42,640 nucleotides of DNA, taken from the sequence record SRR2962707_3069; one strand, written 5' to 3'. Shown here one piece after another: positions 27,929-39,526 of this stretch. The position numbers and the translations under genes were made by a program. The notes below the pieces were generated by a model. It ran no database searches and was not told the DNA's origin. It worked only from the letters and a program-made list of their open reading frames with translations. The number at the start of each line of letters is the position of its first letter. The first letter of the stretch is position 1.

Positions 27929-28256
27929 ATAGTTCAAATAACTCGCAGGCGCTTGGAATTAGCTCTAGAAAACGATTTATTGTCTTTGGTCGCAGCACAA
28001 CACGACTCATGTCTGGTAGCAATGCACGCAATTCATCACGCAATTTCAGCACACCTGGGTCTATCGATTCATAAGGATAAATATGATCTTGGACGCTCAA
28101 CTTATGGAGTTCATCCAGCTCATCTTGTAACATGCTCTTCATTGCAAAAAAACGATCTTTTTGATTAATATCGTTGGTTTCCCAGTAAGCATCCGCGAAA
28201 GTAGAATTTAGCTCGTAGAATACATGCAATGCATCGGCAACGGTTTTTTTAGTCAT
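27927..28256 (-). CDS. Hypothetical protein, 109 aa, probably alpha-helical and soluble
   Basis: GGAG RBS, fills the gap between mnmC and cysE, protein-like composition; no family recognised. Confidence 0.8.
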   Translation of the reverse strand: MTKKTVADALHVFYELNSTFADAYWETNDINQKDRFFAMKSMLQDELDELHKLSVQDHIYPYESIDPGVLKLRDELRALLPDMSRVVLRPKTINRFLELIPSACELFEL

Positions 28257-28361
28257 ACTGTCTCCATTATCAGTGGCAATTTTTGCCTTAACCCTTGTTT
28301 TGTTTCATGCTAACACTATTACTTACATTCTAGCTGCGAATTAAAATAGGTAAATAGCCCC

Positions 28362-29201
28362 TTGAGTAACACAATGTACAATGCCGTGACTTCTGGCAAT
28401 TTATGGTCATCTTTACAGGCCGAAGCAAAAAAACTTGCTTTAGATGAACCCATACTCGCCAGCTACTTCAATACGACCATTCTTAGGCACGAATCGTTAA
28501 GCTCTGCGCTTAGCTTCTTACTGGCCTGCAAACTGGATAGCATTTCAATTCCTTCTATCGTATTAAGAGAGGTCTTTGAAGAAGCAATGTCCGACTCTCA
28601 ATCTGGCATTGTTGAGTGCATTGAGCAAGATATTTTGTCGATAAAAGAAAGGGATGCGGCTTGCGACTGCCTCACGACCCCCCTTTTGTTTTTTAAAGGA
28701 TTCCATGCCCTACAAACGTACCGAGTAGCGAATTGGCTTTGGAAAAACAACAGGAAAAGTCTGGCCCTGTACTTACAAGGCCAAATGTCGATGGTATTTA
28801 GTGTTGATATTCACCCTGCAGCAACGATTGGCTGCGGCATCATGCTAGACCACGCGACAGGCTTAGTCGTCGGCGAAACTTGCGTTATTGAAGACAACGT
28901 CTCTATCCTGCAATCCGTCACACTAGGCGGCACTGGCAAAGAACACGGCGATCGTCATCCTAAAATCCGTTCTGGTGTCCTTATTGGCGCTGGTGCGAAA
29001 ATTTTGGGCAACATCGAAGTGGGCGAAGGCGCTAAAATTGGCGCAGGCAGCGTCGTACTCGAAGCCGTTGGAGCACATACGACAGTCGCTGGCGTACCCG
29101 CTAAAATTGTAGGCCGCAATACCGGCGAAGAACCTTCTCGTGCAATGGACCATAACATCAACCATTGCGTTCGAGACGGCAACGACAGCAATCCGTCCTA
29201 A
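28362..29201 (+). CDS. cysE: Serine O-acetyltransferase
   Basis: FKGFHALQ, VDIHPAA, DHATG and DRHPK motifs plus hexapeptide repeats. Start is TTG 28362 or ATG 28374. Confidence 0.96.
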   Translation: MSNTMYNAVTSGNLWSSLQAEAKKLALDEPILASYFNTTILRHESLSSALSFLLACKLDSISIPSIVLREVFEEAMSDSQSGIVECIEQDILSIKERDAACDCLTTPLLFFKGFHALQTYRVANWLWKNNRKSLALYLQGQMSMVFSVDIHPAATIGCGIMLDHATGLVVGETCVIEDNVSILQSVTLGGTGKEHGDRHPKIRSGVLIGAGAKILGNIEVGEGAKIGAGSVVLEAVGAHTTVAGVPAKIVGRNTGEEPSRAMDHNINHCVRDGNDSNPS

Positions 29202-29237
29202 CCCCTCCTAGTCTATCTCTGTAAGGACATTACGCCT

Positions 29238-29473
29238 TCACATAAGGTCGTAATGTCCTAGGGTGTCTTTAGGCACCATCTTGATGGTTTCACTCTCAGT
29301 GTCAAATAAGAGCACCGCTTGACCGCCTTTGAGAGCCGCCACCGCCTGCTGGCGTTTCTGCTCAGCAGACAAATCATAATCGCCGTAATCCGTCCCTTCA
29401 CGAGACACAATATCATCGAGAATGGTCATTAATGTCTCTGACTCTAAAGAGTCATAAGGAATCAAGGTATCCA

Positions 29474-29474
<1 letters not shown>
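29238..29474 (-). CDS. YheU (UPF0270) family protein
   Basis: IPY..L..ETL and SREGTDYG motifs. Confidence 0.9.
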
Positions 29475-31577
<2,103 letters not shown>

Positions 31578-31584
31578 AAAAAGA

Positions 31585-32634
31585 TTAAGGTTTGTGCTTC
31601 ATCAAGCGCCGACGTTCAAAGTCACGTATTCGCTGACGGCAGTGCGCAATGGTTTGCTCACTCATTGGGCTACGACGCTCATCGCGTAATTCACCACCTA
31701 GATTACGCACTAATGCTTGCGCTGTTTCCAACATAAAATCAAACGCTTTCATGCTGTTTTTCGGCCCAGGTAATCCCATGAAGAAACTCACACCAGGGCA
31801 ATCCCCTTCGCCCATAGTGTCAAGATCAAAGGTACCTGGCTCAATGGCGTTGGCCATGCTGAATTGCACACGCCCACGGTCAAACCCTTCTTCGTGACGG
31901 TGGAAAATATCCATATCGCCAAAACGCATACCGCAATTAAGGACTAACTGCAGCAGCTCAATACCGGAAAAAGTTTTGCCTTCTGGCGCAAAAATATTAA
32001 TCACAATGACTTCTTCGATTTCCGCGGCGTCATCGTTGTCTGAGTTGCTTTCATCCAAATCGTAGCCATTGCCTTGCGGCGTGATTTGGTCGACATCAAC
32101 ACTAGAATAATCACGTTCATAATCCGTGTCGTCCGCCGTTTCATGAACGTCGTCATGGCCGATATCTAGATCATCAAACTCATCATTACGCGTCTCTGAC
32201 TGATACTCATCAAGCGGTTCGTCTGCGTAGTTTTGCTCAGTATAACGCCCTGAATCTTCTTCCCGATCCGGCACAAGTGAGGCCAGCTCATCAAGATGCA
32301 GATTCTCATCACGCTCTAATGTCGGACCAGAATCCACCTTATGAGGTAGATCGGCAAGCGGAGCATTGACTGTTTGACGGGCATTTTCAAAGGCGTTCGT
32401 AATCGGGTTTGACGTTTGACGTTTCGCCTCCCCAACAGGACGCGCGCCACCATTTGGTAGTTCTCGTCTCACCATGGCTTCACGCGCCAACTCTTCAGGA
32501 TCAACGAAGTCATCGTCGTCATCATCTTGGCTGAATTGTTGGCCTTTTTTATATCGACGAAATCCATCTATTAGTATTGCCACAATAATGACAACACCAA
32601 TTAAGATTAGCCACTCACGCAAGCTAAATTCCAT
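31585..32634 (-). CDS. zipA: Cell division protein ZipA
   Basis: N-terminal TM, acidic linker, C-domain FGDMDIFHRH..FSMAN..PGTF; upstream of ligA. Confidence 0.95.
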   Translation of the reverse strand: MEFSLREWLILIGVVIIVAILIDGFRRYKKGQQFSQDDDDDDFVDPEELAREAMVRRELPNGGARPVGEAKRQTSNPITNAFENARQTVNAPLADLPHKVDSGPTLERDENLHLDELASLVPDREEDSGRYTEQNYADEPLDEYQSETRNDEFDDLDIGHDDVHETADDTDYERDYSSVDVDQITPQGNGYDLDESNSDNDDAAEIEEVIVINIFAPEGKTFSGIELLQLVLNCGMRFGDMDIFHRHEEGFDRGRVQFSMANAIEPGTFDLDTMGEGDCPGVSFFMGLPGPKNSMKAFDFMLETAQALVRNLGGELRDERRSPMSEQTIAHCRQRIRDFERRRLMKHKP

Positions 32635-32699
32635 TGCATTTTTCCGAATTAGATCAATAAAGTTAACGCTATTATCAAACGAAGCGCCTTAGGATTCAA

Positions 32700-33896
32700 T
32701 TATAAGGTCACATTGATTGCATAAATCGCCTTAGTGTTTGAAGGTACGGCTTTTTTTATACCGATTACCTGACCTTTTGTCAGGTCTTTTGCGGTAATCT
32801 TCGATAGTTTTACAACAAGATCAACATTCCCGACGTCTTCTAACGATTGTTTTGACATTAGATTATCAAGATTCGTTAAGATCACAGGTCGATTTAAGTC
32901 TTGAGGGTAAACACGTCGTATTGCCACCGGCATGTTTGATCCTGGCGCCAGCGCATAGACCAACAAGACGTCGTCCGAATGCCATTGTATTTTGCTTTTA
33001 TCCCAGATCACTCGAAGGGCAATTTGACGAGTAACTAACGCTGGGACCTGCTGATAACTAATGCCGCCTGCTTGTCGCGCACTTTGAATGGCGCCTAACA
33101 AAGTCTGTCTCTCAAGGGCATTATCATTGTATCGAGCGGCATCTTGCCACGTTAACACCGCTTTCAGATAAGCCTTATGATCAAACGCCGCTACCCCTTT
33201 CAAGCCTAACGCCGTGGCATTTTTAGGCTCCAGTACCAAAACCTTATCGACCACCTTTTCCATTTCAGGACTGCTTACATTGCCATTGTTATAAAAAATG
33301 GCTTGTGCGTATCTCACCAATACTTCCGCTTGGTCTGCGCTGCCTTCAGGAAGTTTCACAAGCGCGGCTTGAAAAGCCCCCATCGCTTGAGCGTATTCCC
33401 CTGAAGACATGAAATCATTCGCCAGATAATACCAATCTTCCGCTCGATCATAGCGCTCGCTTTGGTACTTCAAAAAATCTAGGGTCATTTTTGGCGTCGT
33501 GTTTTTGGCAGCCAGCGCCTGAGAAAAAGCCACGTCTTTGGCATAACCCAACGACTGATAGAGAGTCACACTCCCTAAGCTGACTAAAACAAAAATGCCT
33601 AACAGGGTATATTTTGTCGAGACGAGGTTGGGCAAAAACGAACGATGACGAGGCACAAACTCATCCATTGACTGAGCGTGCTGCGTTTCGCTCTCTAAAT
33701 CCTTCAACAAGGCCTCAGCTTCTTGACCAGTCAAACGTCCAACTTCTTGTTCATTGGCGATTTCTTCGCTACGAATAGCAGCAAAGCTGTCCGCCTTTTC
33801 GCCATCATCATTGGCAAGATTTTTCTGTAGAGAAACAAAAAAATACACTAGGCTTGCCGCTATCATCAATGCCATTACGAGCCACAGCAGTATCAT
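32700..33896 (-). CDS. ccmI: Cytochrome c biogenesis protein CcmI/CycH (TPR)
   Basis: Two TMs, TPR repeats, C-terminal MPVAIRR domain; last gene of the ccm operon. Confidence 0.85.
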   Translation of the reverse strand: MILLWLVMALMIAASLVYFFVSLQKNLANDDGEKADSFAAIRSEEIANEQEVGRLTGQEAEALLKDLESETQHAQSMDEFVPRHRSFLPNLVSTKYTLLGIFVLVSLGSVTLYQSLGYAKDVAFSQALAAKNTTPKMTLDFLKYQSERYDRAEDWYYLANDFMSSGEYAQAMGAFQAALVKLPEGSADQAEVLVRYAQAIFYNNGNVSSPEMEKVVDKVLVLEPKNATALGLKGVAAFDHKAYLKAVLTWQDAARYNDNALERQTLLGAIQSARQAGGISYQQVPALVTRQIALRVIWDKSKIQWHSDDVLLVYALAPGSNMPVAIRRVYPQDLNRPVILTNLDNLMSKQSLEDVGNVDLVVKLSKITAKDLTKGQVIGIKKAVPSNTKAIYAINVTL

Positions 33897-34306
33897 AATG
33901 CTTTCCCCGCTCTGCGTTTCTTATTGCGATACACCACCCCTGCAAACACCACCAAACCGATAATCAAAAATGCCGCAGGCCCTACCCATAAAATAGACGT
34001 TGCCGCAGAATATTTTGGTCGATATAAAACAAAGTCACCGTAACGAGCCACCATATAATCGACAATTTCCTGGTCTGTTTTACCTTGTTCGATCATCTCA
34101 TGAATTTGTATTCTCAAATCCTTGGCGATGCCTGCTTGAGAATCGGCTAAATCTTGGTTTTGGCATTTAGGACAACGCAGCTCTTTTGCCAAAGACTGAA
34201 AACGAGTCTGATTCAACTCAGAACTAAACGTCATCAAGGTGTCTGCAAACAAATAAGAAGACAGCATAAAAGCCATCATCAGACACGCGAGTTTTATCAG
34301 TTTCAT
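33893..34306 (-). CDS. ccmH: Cytochrome c biogenesis protein CcmH
   Basis: LRCPKCQNQ and RYGDFVLYRP motifs. Start 34306 gives an ATGA overlap with ccmG. Confidence 0.95.
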   Translation of the reverse strand: MKLIKLACLMMAFMLSSYLFADTLMTFSSELNQTRFQSLAKELRCPKCQNQDLADSQAGIAKDLRIQIHEMIEQGKTDQEIVDYMVARYGDFVLYRPKYSAATSILWVGPAAFLIIGLVVFAGVVYRNKKRRAGKAL

Positions 34307-34812
34307 TTTAAATAGCCTTTCATTTCTTGCCACACCCTATCGTCCAATGCGCCCTGATAACGGTAAACAATAATCCCTTTACTGTTCACCACAAACGTCT
34401 CGGGGGCGCCAGTCACTCCCATGTCGACCCCGAACTTGCCCAATTCATCGGTCAGCACCCATTGATAAGGGTTGCCCTTAGTCGCGAGCCACTGCTGAGC
34501 TTTATGCTTGTCGTCTTTGTAATCGATACCGACAATAGGAATGCCTTGCTTAGCCAACGTTCTTAAATAGGCGTGTTCCATTTCACAAGTCGGACACCAA
34601 GTAGCCCAAAAATTCAGCAAGTACGCTTGTTTAGGCAAGCTGGTCTGGTCTTGGACGGTATCCGTTTGCAAAGAAACGAGTCTAAAGTCAGGCACAGGCT
34701 TACCAATCAAGGCCGAAGGCATGTATTCAGGATTGGTGCCCAATTGCTTGTACAACACACCCCCTAAGCCAATAAAAACGATAAATGGAAGAAAAACGAG
34801 CAATTTACGCAT
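34303..34812 (-). CDS. ccmG: Thiol:disulfide interchange protein CcmG/DsbE
   Basis: WATWCPTC and GAPETF motifs. Confidence 0.95.
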   Translation of the reverse strand: MRKLLVFLPFIVFIGLGGVLYKQLGTNPEYMPSALIGKPVPDFRLVSLQTDTVQDQTSLPKQAYLLNFWATWCPTCEMEHAYLRTLAKQGIPIVGIDYKDDKHKAQQWLATKGNPYQWVLTDELGKFGVDMGVTGAPETFVVNSKGIIVYRYQGALDDRVWQEMKGYLK

Positions 34813-36751
34813 TATTACCTCTCACCGTTTTACGGTAGCGTTTGTCTAAAGCAGACAACAAGCCGCCACACATCATCATCAAACCACCTAGCCAAATCCA
34901 GCGCACAAATGCTTTCACATAAAGACGAATGCCCCACGCTTCTCCTGATAATTTTTCCCCTAGGGAAACATAAAGGTCTCGGGTAAATCCGGCGTCCAAT
35001 CCCGCTTCTGTCATTATCTGTCGGCTGGTCGAATAAAAACGTTTTTCAGGCTGTAGTAAGGCCACAAAATCACCGTTTTTAGACACTGATATAACGCCAC
35101 GATCTGCCAGGTAATTCGGCCCTTTCAAATGAGAAATACCATCAAAATGAAAGTCGTAGCCTGCAAACGACACCGACTCCCCTGGCGACAATTTAACCGT
35201 CGACTCATGGCTGCTGGTGCTGACCAACAGAATGCCAATAAGCGTTACCACCATACCCAGATGGGCAATCATCATTCCGTAATAATTTCGAGGTAATTGT
35301 CTCGCCCTAGGGATAATGCCCTTGGTTCCTGCAGACACCTTCACAAACCAATCTTTTGCGATCAGCAACGCCGACCATTGGGCGACACTTAAGGTGAGCC
35401 AAGCCATCATCCCTAAGGCATAAACATAACTCAGCAGGCCAGCCACAACGATCGCCAACACCGCCGGCAACAGAATTGCATTCAGCAACAATGATGCCTT
35501 TGTATGATGCCATTTAGAGAAGGGGCCAATCGCCATAAACACAATCAGCAGCAGAGCAATAGGAGAAAAAACGGTATTAAAATACGGTGCCCCCACTGAA
35601 ATTCGCCCTAACCCCAACACATCGAAAATCAGTGGGTATAAGGTGCCTAATAAAACAGTCAGCGTCAGTACAGTTAGCAAGATATTGTTGAGCAACAACC
35701 AAGCTTCACGCCCCGTAACACCGAAGGTGGCACTGGCTCGGACCTGGCTCGCTCGCAGTCCATAAAGTAATAAGCTGCCACCAATCAAGATCACCAACAA
35801 CATCAGAATATAGATGCCACGAGTTGGGTCAGCGGCAAAGGCGTGCACCGAGGTCAGCACGCCAGATCTCACCAAAAAGGTGCCCAATAAGGACAAACTA
35901 AACGTAAAAATAGCCAGTAATACGGTCCAGCTTTTAAACACCCCGCGCTTTTCTGTCACCGCCAATGAATGCACAAGCGCCGTGCCCGCTAACCAAGGCA
36001 TAAAGGAGGCATTTTCTACTGGGTCCCAAAACCACCAACCACCCCAGCCAAGTTCGTAATACGCCCACCAACTGCCTAAAGTGATGCCGAGCGTTAAAAA
36101 CGCCCAAGATAATGAGGTCCAAGGCCTTGTCCAGCGCGCCCAAGAAGCATTGAGGTTACCAGTGATCAAGGCAGCAATAGCAAAGGCAAAGGCCACCGAA
36201 AAGCCCACATAACCCATGTAGAGCATGGGTGGGTGAATAATCAGCCCAATATCTTGCAACAAGGGGTTTAAATCGCGGCCATCCAGCGGCGCATCGGGTA
36301 ACGCTCTCACAAAAGGCGAGGAAGTAAACAGCATGAAGGACAAAAAGCCCAATGACACGATTCCTAATACGCTCAATACCACGGGGCCGACATCTTTTGG
36401 CAAAGAAACACTTTTCAATGCGACCGCCGAACTCCACCCTGATAAGATCAATATCCACAGCAAAAGCGAGCCTTCATGCCCTCCCCACAGAGCACTAAAC
36501 TTATACCAAATAGGCAGCTGACTGTTTGAATTTTGGCTGACGTACAACACAGAAAAATCGTCCGTCATAAACGACAGAGCCAGCACCAAAAAACTTACCA
36601 GAACAAAAAACGACATCAGGTAAGTCAGTGGGCGCGCGGTATGCAGTAGCACTCTGTTTTTTTGCCAATAGCCAATTAAGGGAACAACCGACAGACAAAG
36701 CGAGAAGAACAACGCCAGTATTAATGCAAAGTGTCCAATTTCGGGAATCAT
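34805..36751 (-). CDS. ccmF: Heme lyase CcmF
   Basis: WGGHEGS, HPP, WGGWWFWDPVEN and SVHAF motifs. Confidence 0.97.
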   Translation of the reverse strand: MIPEIGHFALILALFFSLCLSVVPLIGYWQKNRVLLHTARPLTYLMSFFVLVSFLVLALSFMTDDFSVLYVSQNSNSQLPIWYKFSALWGGHEGSLLLWILILSGWSSAVALKSVSLPKDVGPVVLSVLGIVSLGFLSFMLFTSSPFVRALPDAPLDGRDLNPLLQDIGLIIHPPMLYMGYVGFSVAFAFAIAALITGNLNASWARWTRPWTSLSWAFLTLGITLGSWWAYYELGWGGWWFWDPVENASFMPWLAGTALVHSLAVTEKRGVFKSWTVLLAIFTFSLSLLGTFLVRSGVLTSVHAFAADPTRGIYILMLLVILIGGSLLLYGLRASQVRASATFGVTGREAWLLLNNILLTVLTLTVLLGTLYPLIFDVLGLGRISVGAPYFNTVFSPIALLLIVFMAIGPFSKWHHTKASLLLNAILLPAVLAIVVAGLLSYVYALGMMAWLTLSVAQWSALLIAKDWFVKVSAGTKGIIPRARQLPRNYYGMMIAHLGMVVTLIGILLVSTSSHESTVKLSPGESVSFAGYDFHFDGISHLKGPNYLADRGVISVSKNGDFVALLQPEKRFYSTSRQIMTEAGLDAGFTRDLYVSLGEKLSGEAWGIRLYVKAFVRWIWLGGLMMMCGGLLSALDKRYRKTVRGNNA

Positions 36752-36757
36752 AAAAGC

Positions 36758-37222
36758 CTAACGTTCAAGAGTAGATGAGGAAGTAGGATTGGTTTGTTGC
36801 TGCGCTTTTTCTAACGCCTCTGTCACTTCTGGTGGCATGTATTTTTCATCGTGCTTAGCCAGCACTTGGGACGCAGAAAACACACCATTACTGAGCATTT
36901 TCCCTTGGGCAACTATGCCTTGGCCTTCGCGGAATAAATCAGGGAGTATGCCTTGGTATTGGATCTGCACAGAATGCTTAAAATCGGTGACGGCAAAGGT
37001 GACAGCCAGTGTATTGGCATCGCGTTTTACGCTGCCTTTTACGACCATACCGCCTGCGCGTATCGTCGTATTTTCAGGCGCTTCGCCTAGCGCAATCTGG
37101 GTCGGTGAATAAAATAAGTTAATGTTTTGCTGAAGCGCATACAGAACCAAACCAAGAGCGGCACTGAGAATAAAAAGAATAACAGCAAGCGTAATAAGGC
37201 GCTTTTTTCGGATGGCGTGCAC
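36758..37222 (-). CDS. ccmE: Heme chaperone CcmE
   Basis: [10 protein letters not shown] and LAKHDEKY motifs. Confidence 0.97.
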   Translation of the reverse strand: MHAIRKKRLITLAVILFILSAALGLVLYALQQNINLFYSPTQIALGEAPENTTIRAGGMVVKGSVKRDANTLAVTFAVTDFKHSVQIQYQGILPDLFREGQGIVAQGKMLSNGVFSASQVLAKHDEKYMPPEVTEALEKAQQQTNPTSSSTLER

Positions 37223-37398
37223 TAGGAATCAGACTCTCTTAAATAACGTTTTTTTAGCTGTCGAATCACCTTGCGGCGACCCTGGACAGTATTCAATATC
37301 AAGCTTGCCAAGATCAACAAAACCAAGCCGTAAGTTGACCACACAAACGCCCCATGAGTTCCCATTGTCAGGAAATCAGCCAGACTATTAAACGCCAT
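37222..37398 (-). CDS. ccmD: Heme exporter protein CcmD, 58 aa (not in the ORF track)
   Basis: Hand translation [58 protein letters not shown]; lies between ccmC and ccmE with a TAGTG overlap. Confidence 0.95.
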   Translation of the reverse strand: MAFNSLADFLTMGTHGAFVWSTYGLVLLILASLILNTVQGRRKVIRQLKKRYLRESDS

Positions 37399-38134
37399 GA
37401 TTCATCATCTTTTCCTTCACCCATTGAGTACGACGCTCACGCAACAGAATCTCAGACTGCATACGCCACATCACAAGCCCAGCCACTAAGCAATAAAACC
37501 CAATAACGGCGATCAGTAAGGGCAGCCACATCTCCATCGGCATCGCAGGTTTTTCGGTCAAACTAAACGACGCTGGTTGATGTAATGTGTTCCACCAGTT
37601 CACCGAGTACTTAATAATCGGCAAATTGATCAGCCCAAGCACACTGACAATCGCCGTTGCTTGATTGGCTAAAGCCGCGTCCTCTAAGGTGTTTTGCAGG
37701 GCAATAATACCCATATATAAGAGGAATAAAACAAGAACAGAGGTCAGCCGTGCATCCCACACCCACCAAGTGCCCCATGTTGGCTTGCCCCAAATAGCCC
37801 CTGACAATAACGCAATGGCGGCCATCGCGGCACCAATCGGCGCCATCGACTTAATGAATATGGGCGCCATTTTCATTTGCCAAACCAAATACACAAAACC
37901 CGCAACCCCCAAAGAGAGGTAGCAAGACTCTGCCAACACGGCGGCCGGAACATGCAGATAAATAATTCGATAAGTGTCGCCCTGCTGGTAATCGGTCGGA
38001 GCAAAACCTAAGCCCCACCCAACACCAACCAGCATCGCCAATAAACCCATAGAAAATACGGGCAAAGCCCACTTACTAGACCATTGGTAAAACCATTTAG
38101 GCGACCCTAATTTATGAAACCAGATCCAGTTCAT
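37388..38134 (-). CDS. ccmC: Heme exporter CcmC
   Basis: YLHVP, WGKPTWGTWWVWD and WWNTLHQ motifs. Confidence 0.97.
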   Translation of the reverse strand: MNWIWFHKLGSPKWFYQWSSKWALPVFSMGLLAMLVGVGWGLGFAPTDYQQGDTYRIIYLHVPAAVLAESCYLSLGVAGFVYLVWQMKMAPIFIKSMAPIGAAMAAIALLSGAIWGKPTWGTWWVWDARLTSVLVLFLLYMGIIALQNTLEDAALANQATAIVSVLGLINLPIIKYSVNWWNTLHQPASFSLTEKPAMPMEMWLPLLIAVIGFYCLVAGLVMWRMQSEILLRERRTQWVKEKMMNHGV

Positions 38135-38796
38135 TAACGCACACTCGCTTTAATACACAAAGAAGTCATCACTGGCGACACCACCAGCGCTAATAATGAA
38201 ATAGCCCCCAACAACGCTAACAAACCACCATAAGGTAAACCAAGCTGCATCGCTTTAATCGCCGCTGTTGAGAAAATAATAATCGGGAAATAGAAAGGCA
38301 GTATCAGTAATACCATCAACATAGCCCCCTGCCTTAACGATACGGTCAGAGCGGCACCGATGCTGCCAATCAGAAACAACCCAGGCGTACCGAGCAACAA
38401 AGTGGCGAGTAGCATAAACAGGCTATCCGATGGCAAAAACAGCATCTGTGCAAACACTGGCGTTAGCAATAACAAGGGAAGCATCATGGCCCCCCAATAA
38501 ACGCCCACCTTGATTAAGATCAGCCAAGGCAATGACAAACCACTCACAATCAGCTGAGTTAATGTGCCATCCAAGTAGCTTTCTTTGTACATACTTTCGA
38601 CAGAAATCACCACAGACAAGGCGGCAGCACACCAGATAATACCACCTGCAACAGGCGATAAAAACTCAGCAGAAGGGTCAATCCCTAACGGAAACAACAC
38701 CACCACCATCACAAAAAAAAGCAAGGCATTTACAACACGTTGTTTGGTGTAAAAAAGCGCTAAGCATTCGGCTTTGAAAAACGAAAAATAGGTCAC
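38134..38796 (-). CDS. ccmB: Heme exporter permease CcmB
   Basis: LFPLG, DGTL and IGAALTV motifs; multi-TM. Confidence 0.95.
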   Translation of the reverse strand: MTYFSFFKAECLALFYTKQRVVNALLFFVMVVVLFPLGIDPSAEFLSPVAGGIIWCAAALSVVISVESMYKESYLDGTLTQLIVSGLSLPWLILIKVGVYWGAMMLPLLLLTPVFAQMLFLPSDSLFMLLATLLLGTPGLFLIGSIGAALTVSLRQGAMLMVLLILPFYFPIIIFSTAAIKAMQLGLPYGGLLALLGAISLLALVVSPVMTSLCIKASVR

Positions 38797-39407
38797 GGCG
38801 ACAATTCCACTTGCAAATATGGAAGGTTCGCTAAGGGTAAATGCGAGGCCAAAATAATCATGCCACCCGATGCCACATGAGCCGCCATTTTTTCTTCCAA
38901 TAAACCAATTAAAGTCTGATCCAAAGCCGTAAAGGGCTCATCCAGTAACCAAATTTGTTTTTCCGATAACCAGAGGCGAGCCAATGCGACTCGTCGTACT
39001 TGCCCCGCTGACAGGGCTTGCAACTGAGTCTCAGAAAACGCGGCTAAGGATAGCCTTGTTAGCACCTGCTCGATCTTATCCTGGGTACAATCTGGCGCAT
39101 ACCAACGTAGGTTTTCAAGCACGCTGAGCGCGCTATTCAACCCAGCAGAGTGAGCAATATAGAGCACATTATTAAGAAAACGATGACGTCCCTGCGCCAA
39201 GGATTCACCATTAAATGTCATGCTGCCACTCAATATTGGCAGCAAACCTAAAAGCGCTTTGAAAAACGTACTTTTACCCGCACCATTTGCCCCGGTGATA
39301 TGAACAAGGTCGCCCGATCGAGCAGAAAAAGACAATCCATTCAGCAGATCGCTTTCTCCTCGTTCAACCCATAAATCTGATATGGTTAAAGTAGCAACAG
39401 AATGCAA
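38793..39407 (-). CDS. ccmA: Heme ABC exporter ATPase CcmA
   Basis: GANGAGKST, LSAGQ..RVALARL and LLDEPFTALD motifs. Confidence 0.95.
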   Translation of the reverse strand: MHSVATLTISDLWVERGESDLLNGLSFSARSGDLVHITGANGAGKSTFFKALLGLLPILSGSMTFNGESLAQGRHRFLNNVLYIAHSAGLNSALSVLENLRWYAPDCTQDKIEQVLTRLSLAAFSETQLQALSAGQVRRVALARLWLSEKQIWLLDEPFTALDQTLIGLLEEKMAAHVASGGMIILASHLPLANLPYLQVELSP

Positions 39408-39432
39408 AAGATATGTCCATGTGGGCCGATAA
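39406..39432 (+). promoter_or_regulatory. Putative sigma28 (FliA) promoter for the fliK-like/flhB-like genes
   Basis: AAAAGATA-N11-GCCGATAA versus consensus TAAAGTTT-N11-GCCGATAA; the -10 is perfect. Confidence 0.65.
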
Positions 39433-39526
39433 AATAATAAGCGCCGCTTAATCGCATTGAAGCAAGCGCTAAAACGCCTTCATTATATGTGAAACGTCTT
39501 AAAATAACGAACGAGCGGAATGCAGA

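Noticed and set aside
32030..32530. Asp/Glu-rich low-complexity repeats
   Set aside because: This is the normal disordered ZipA linker.
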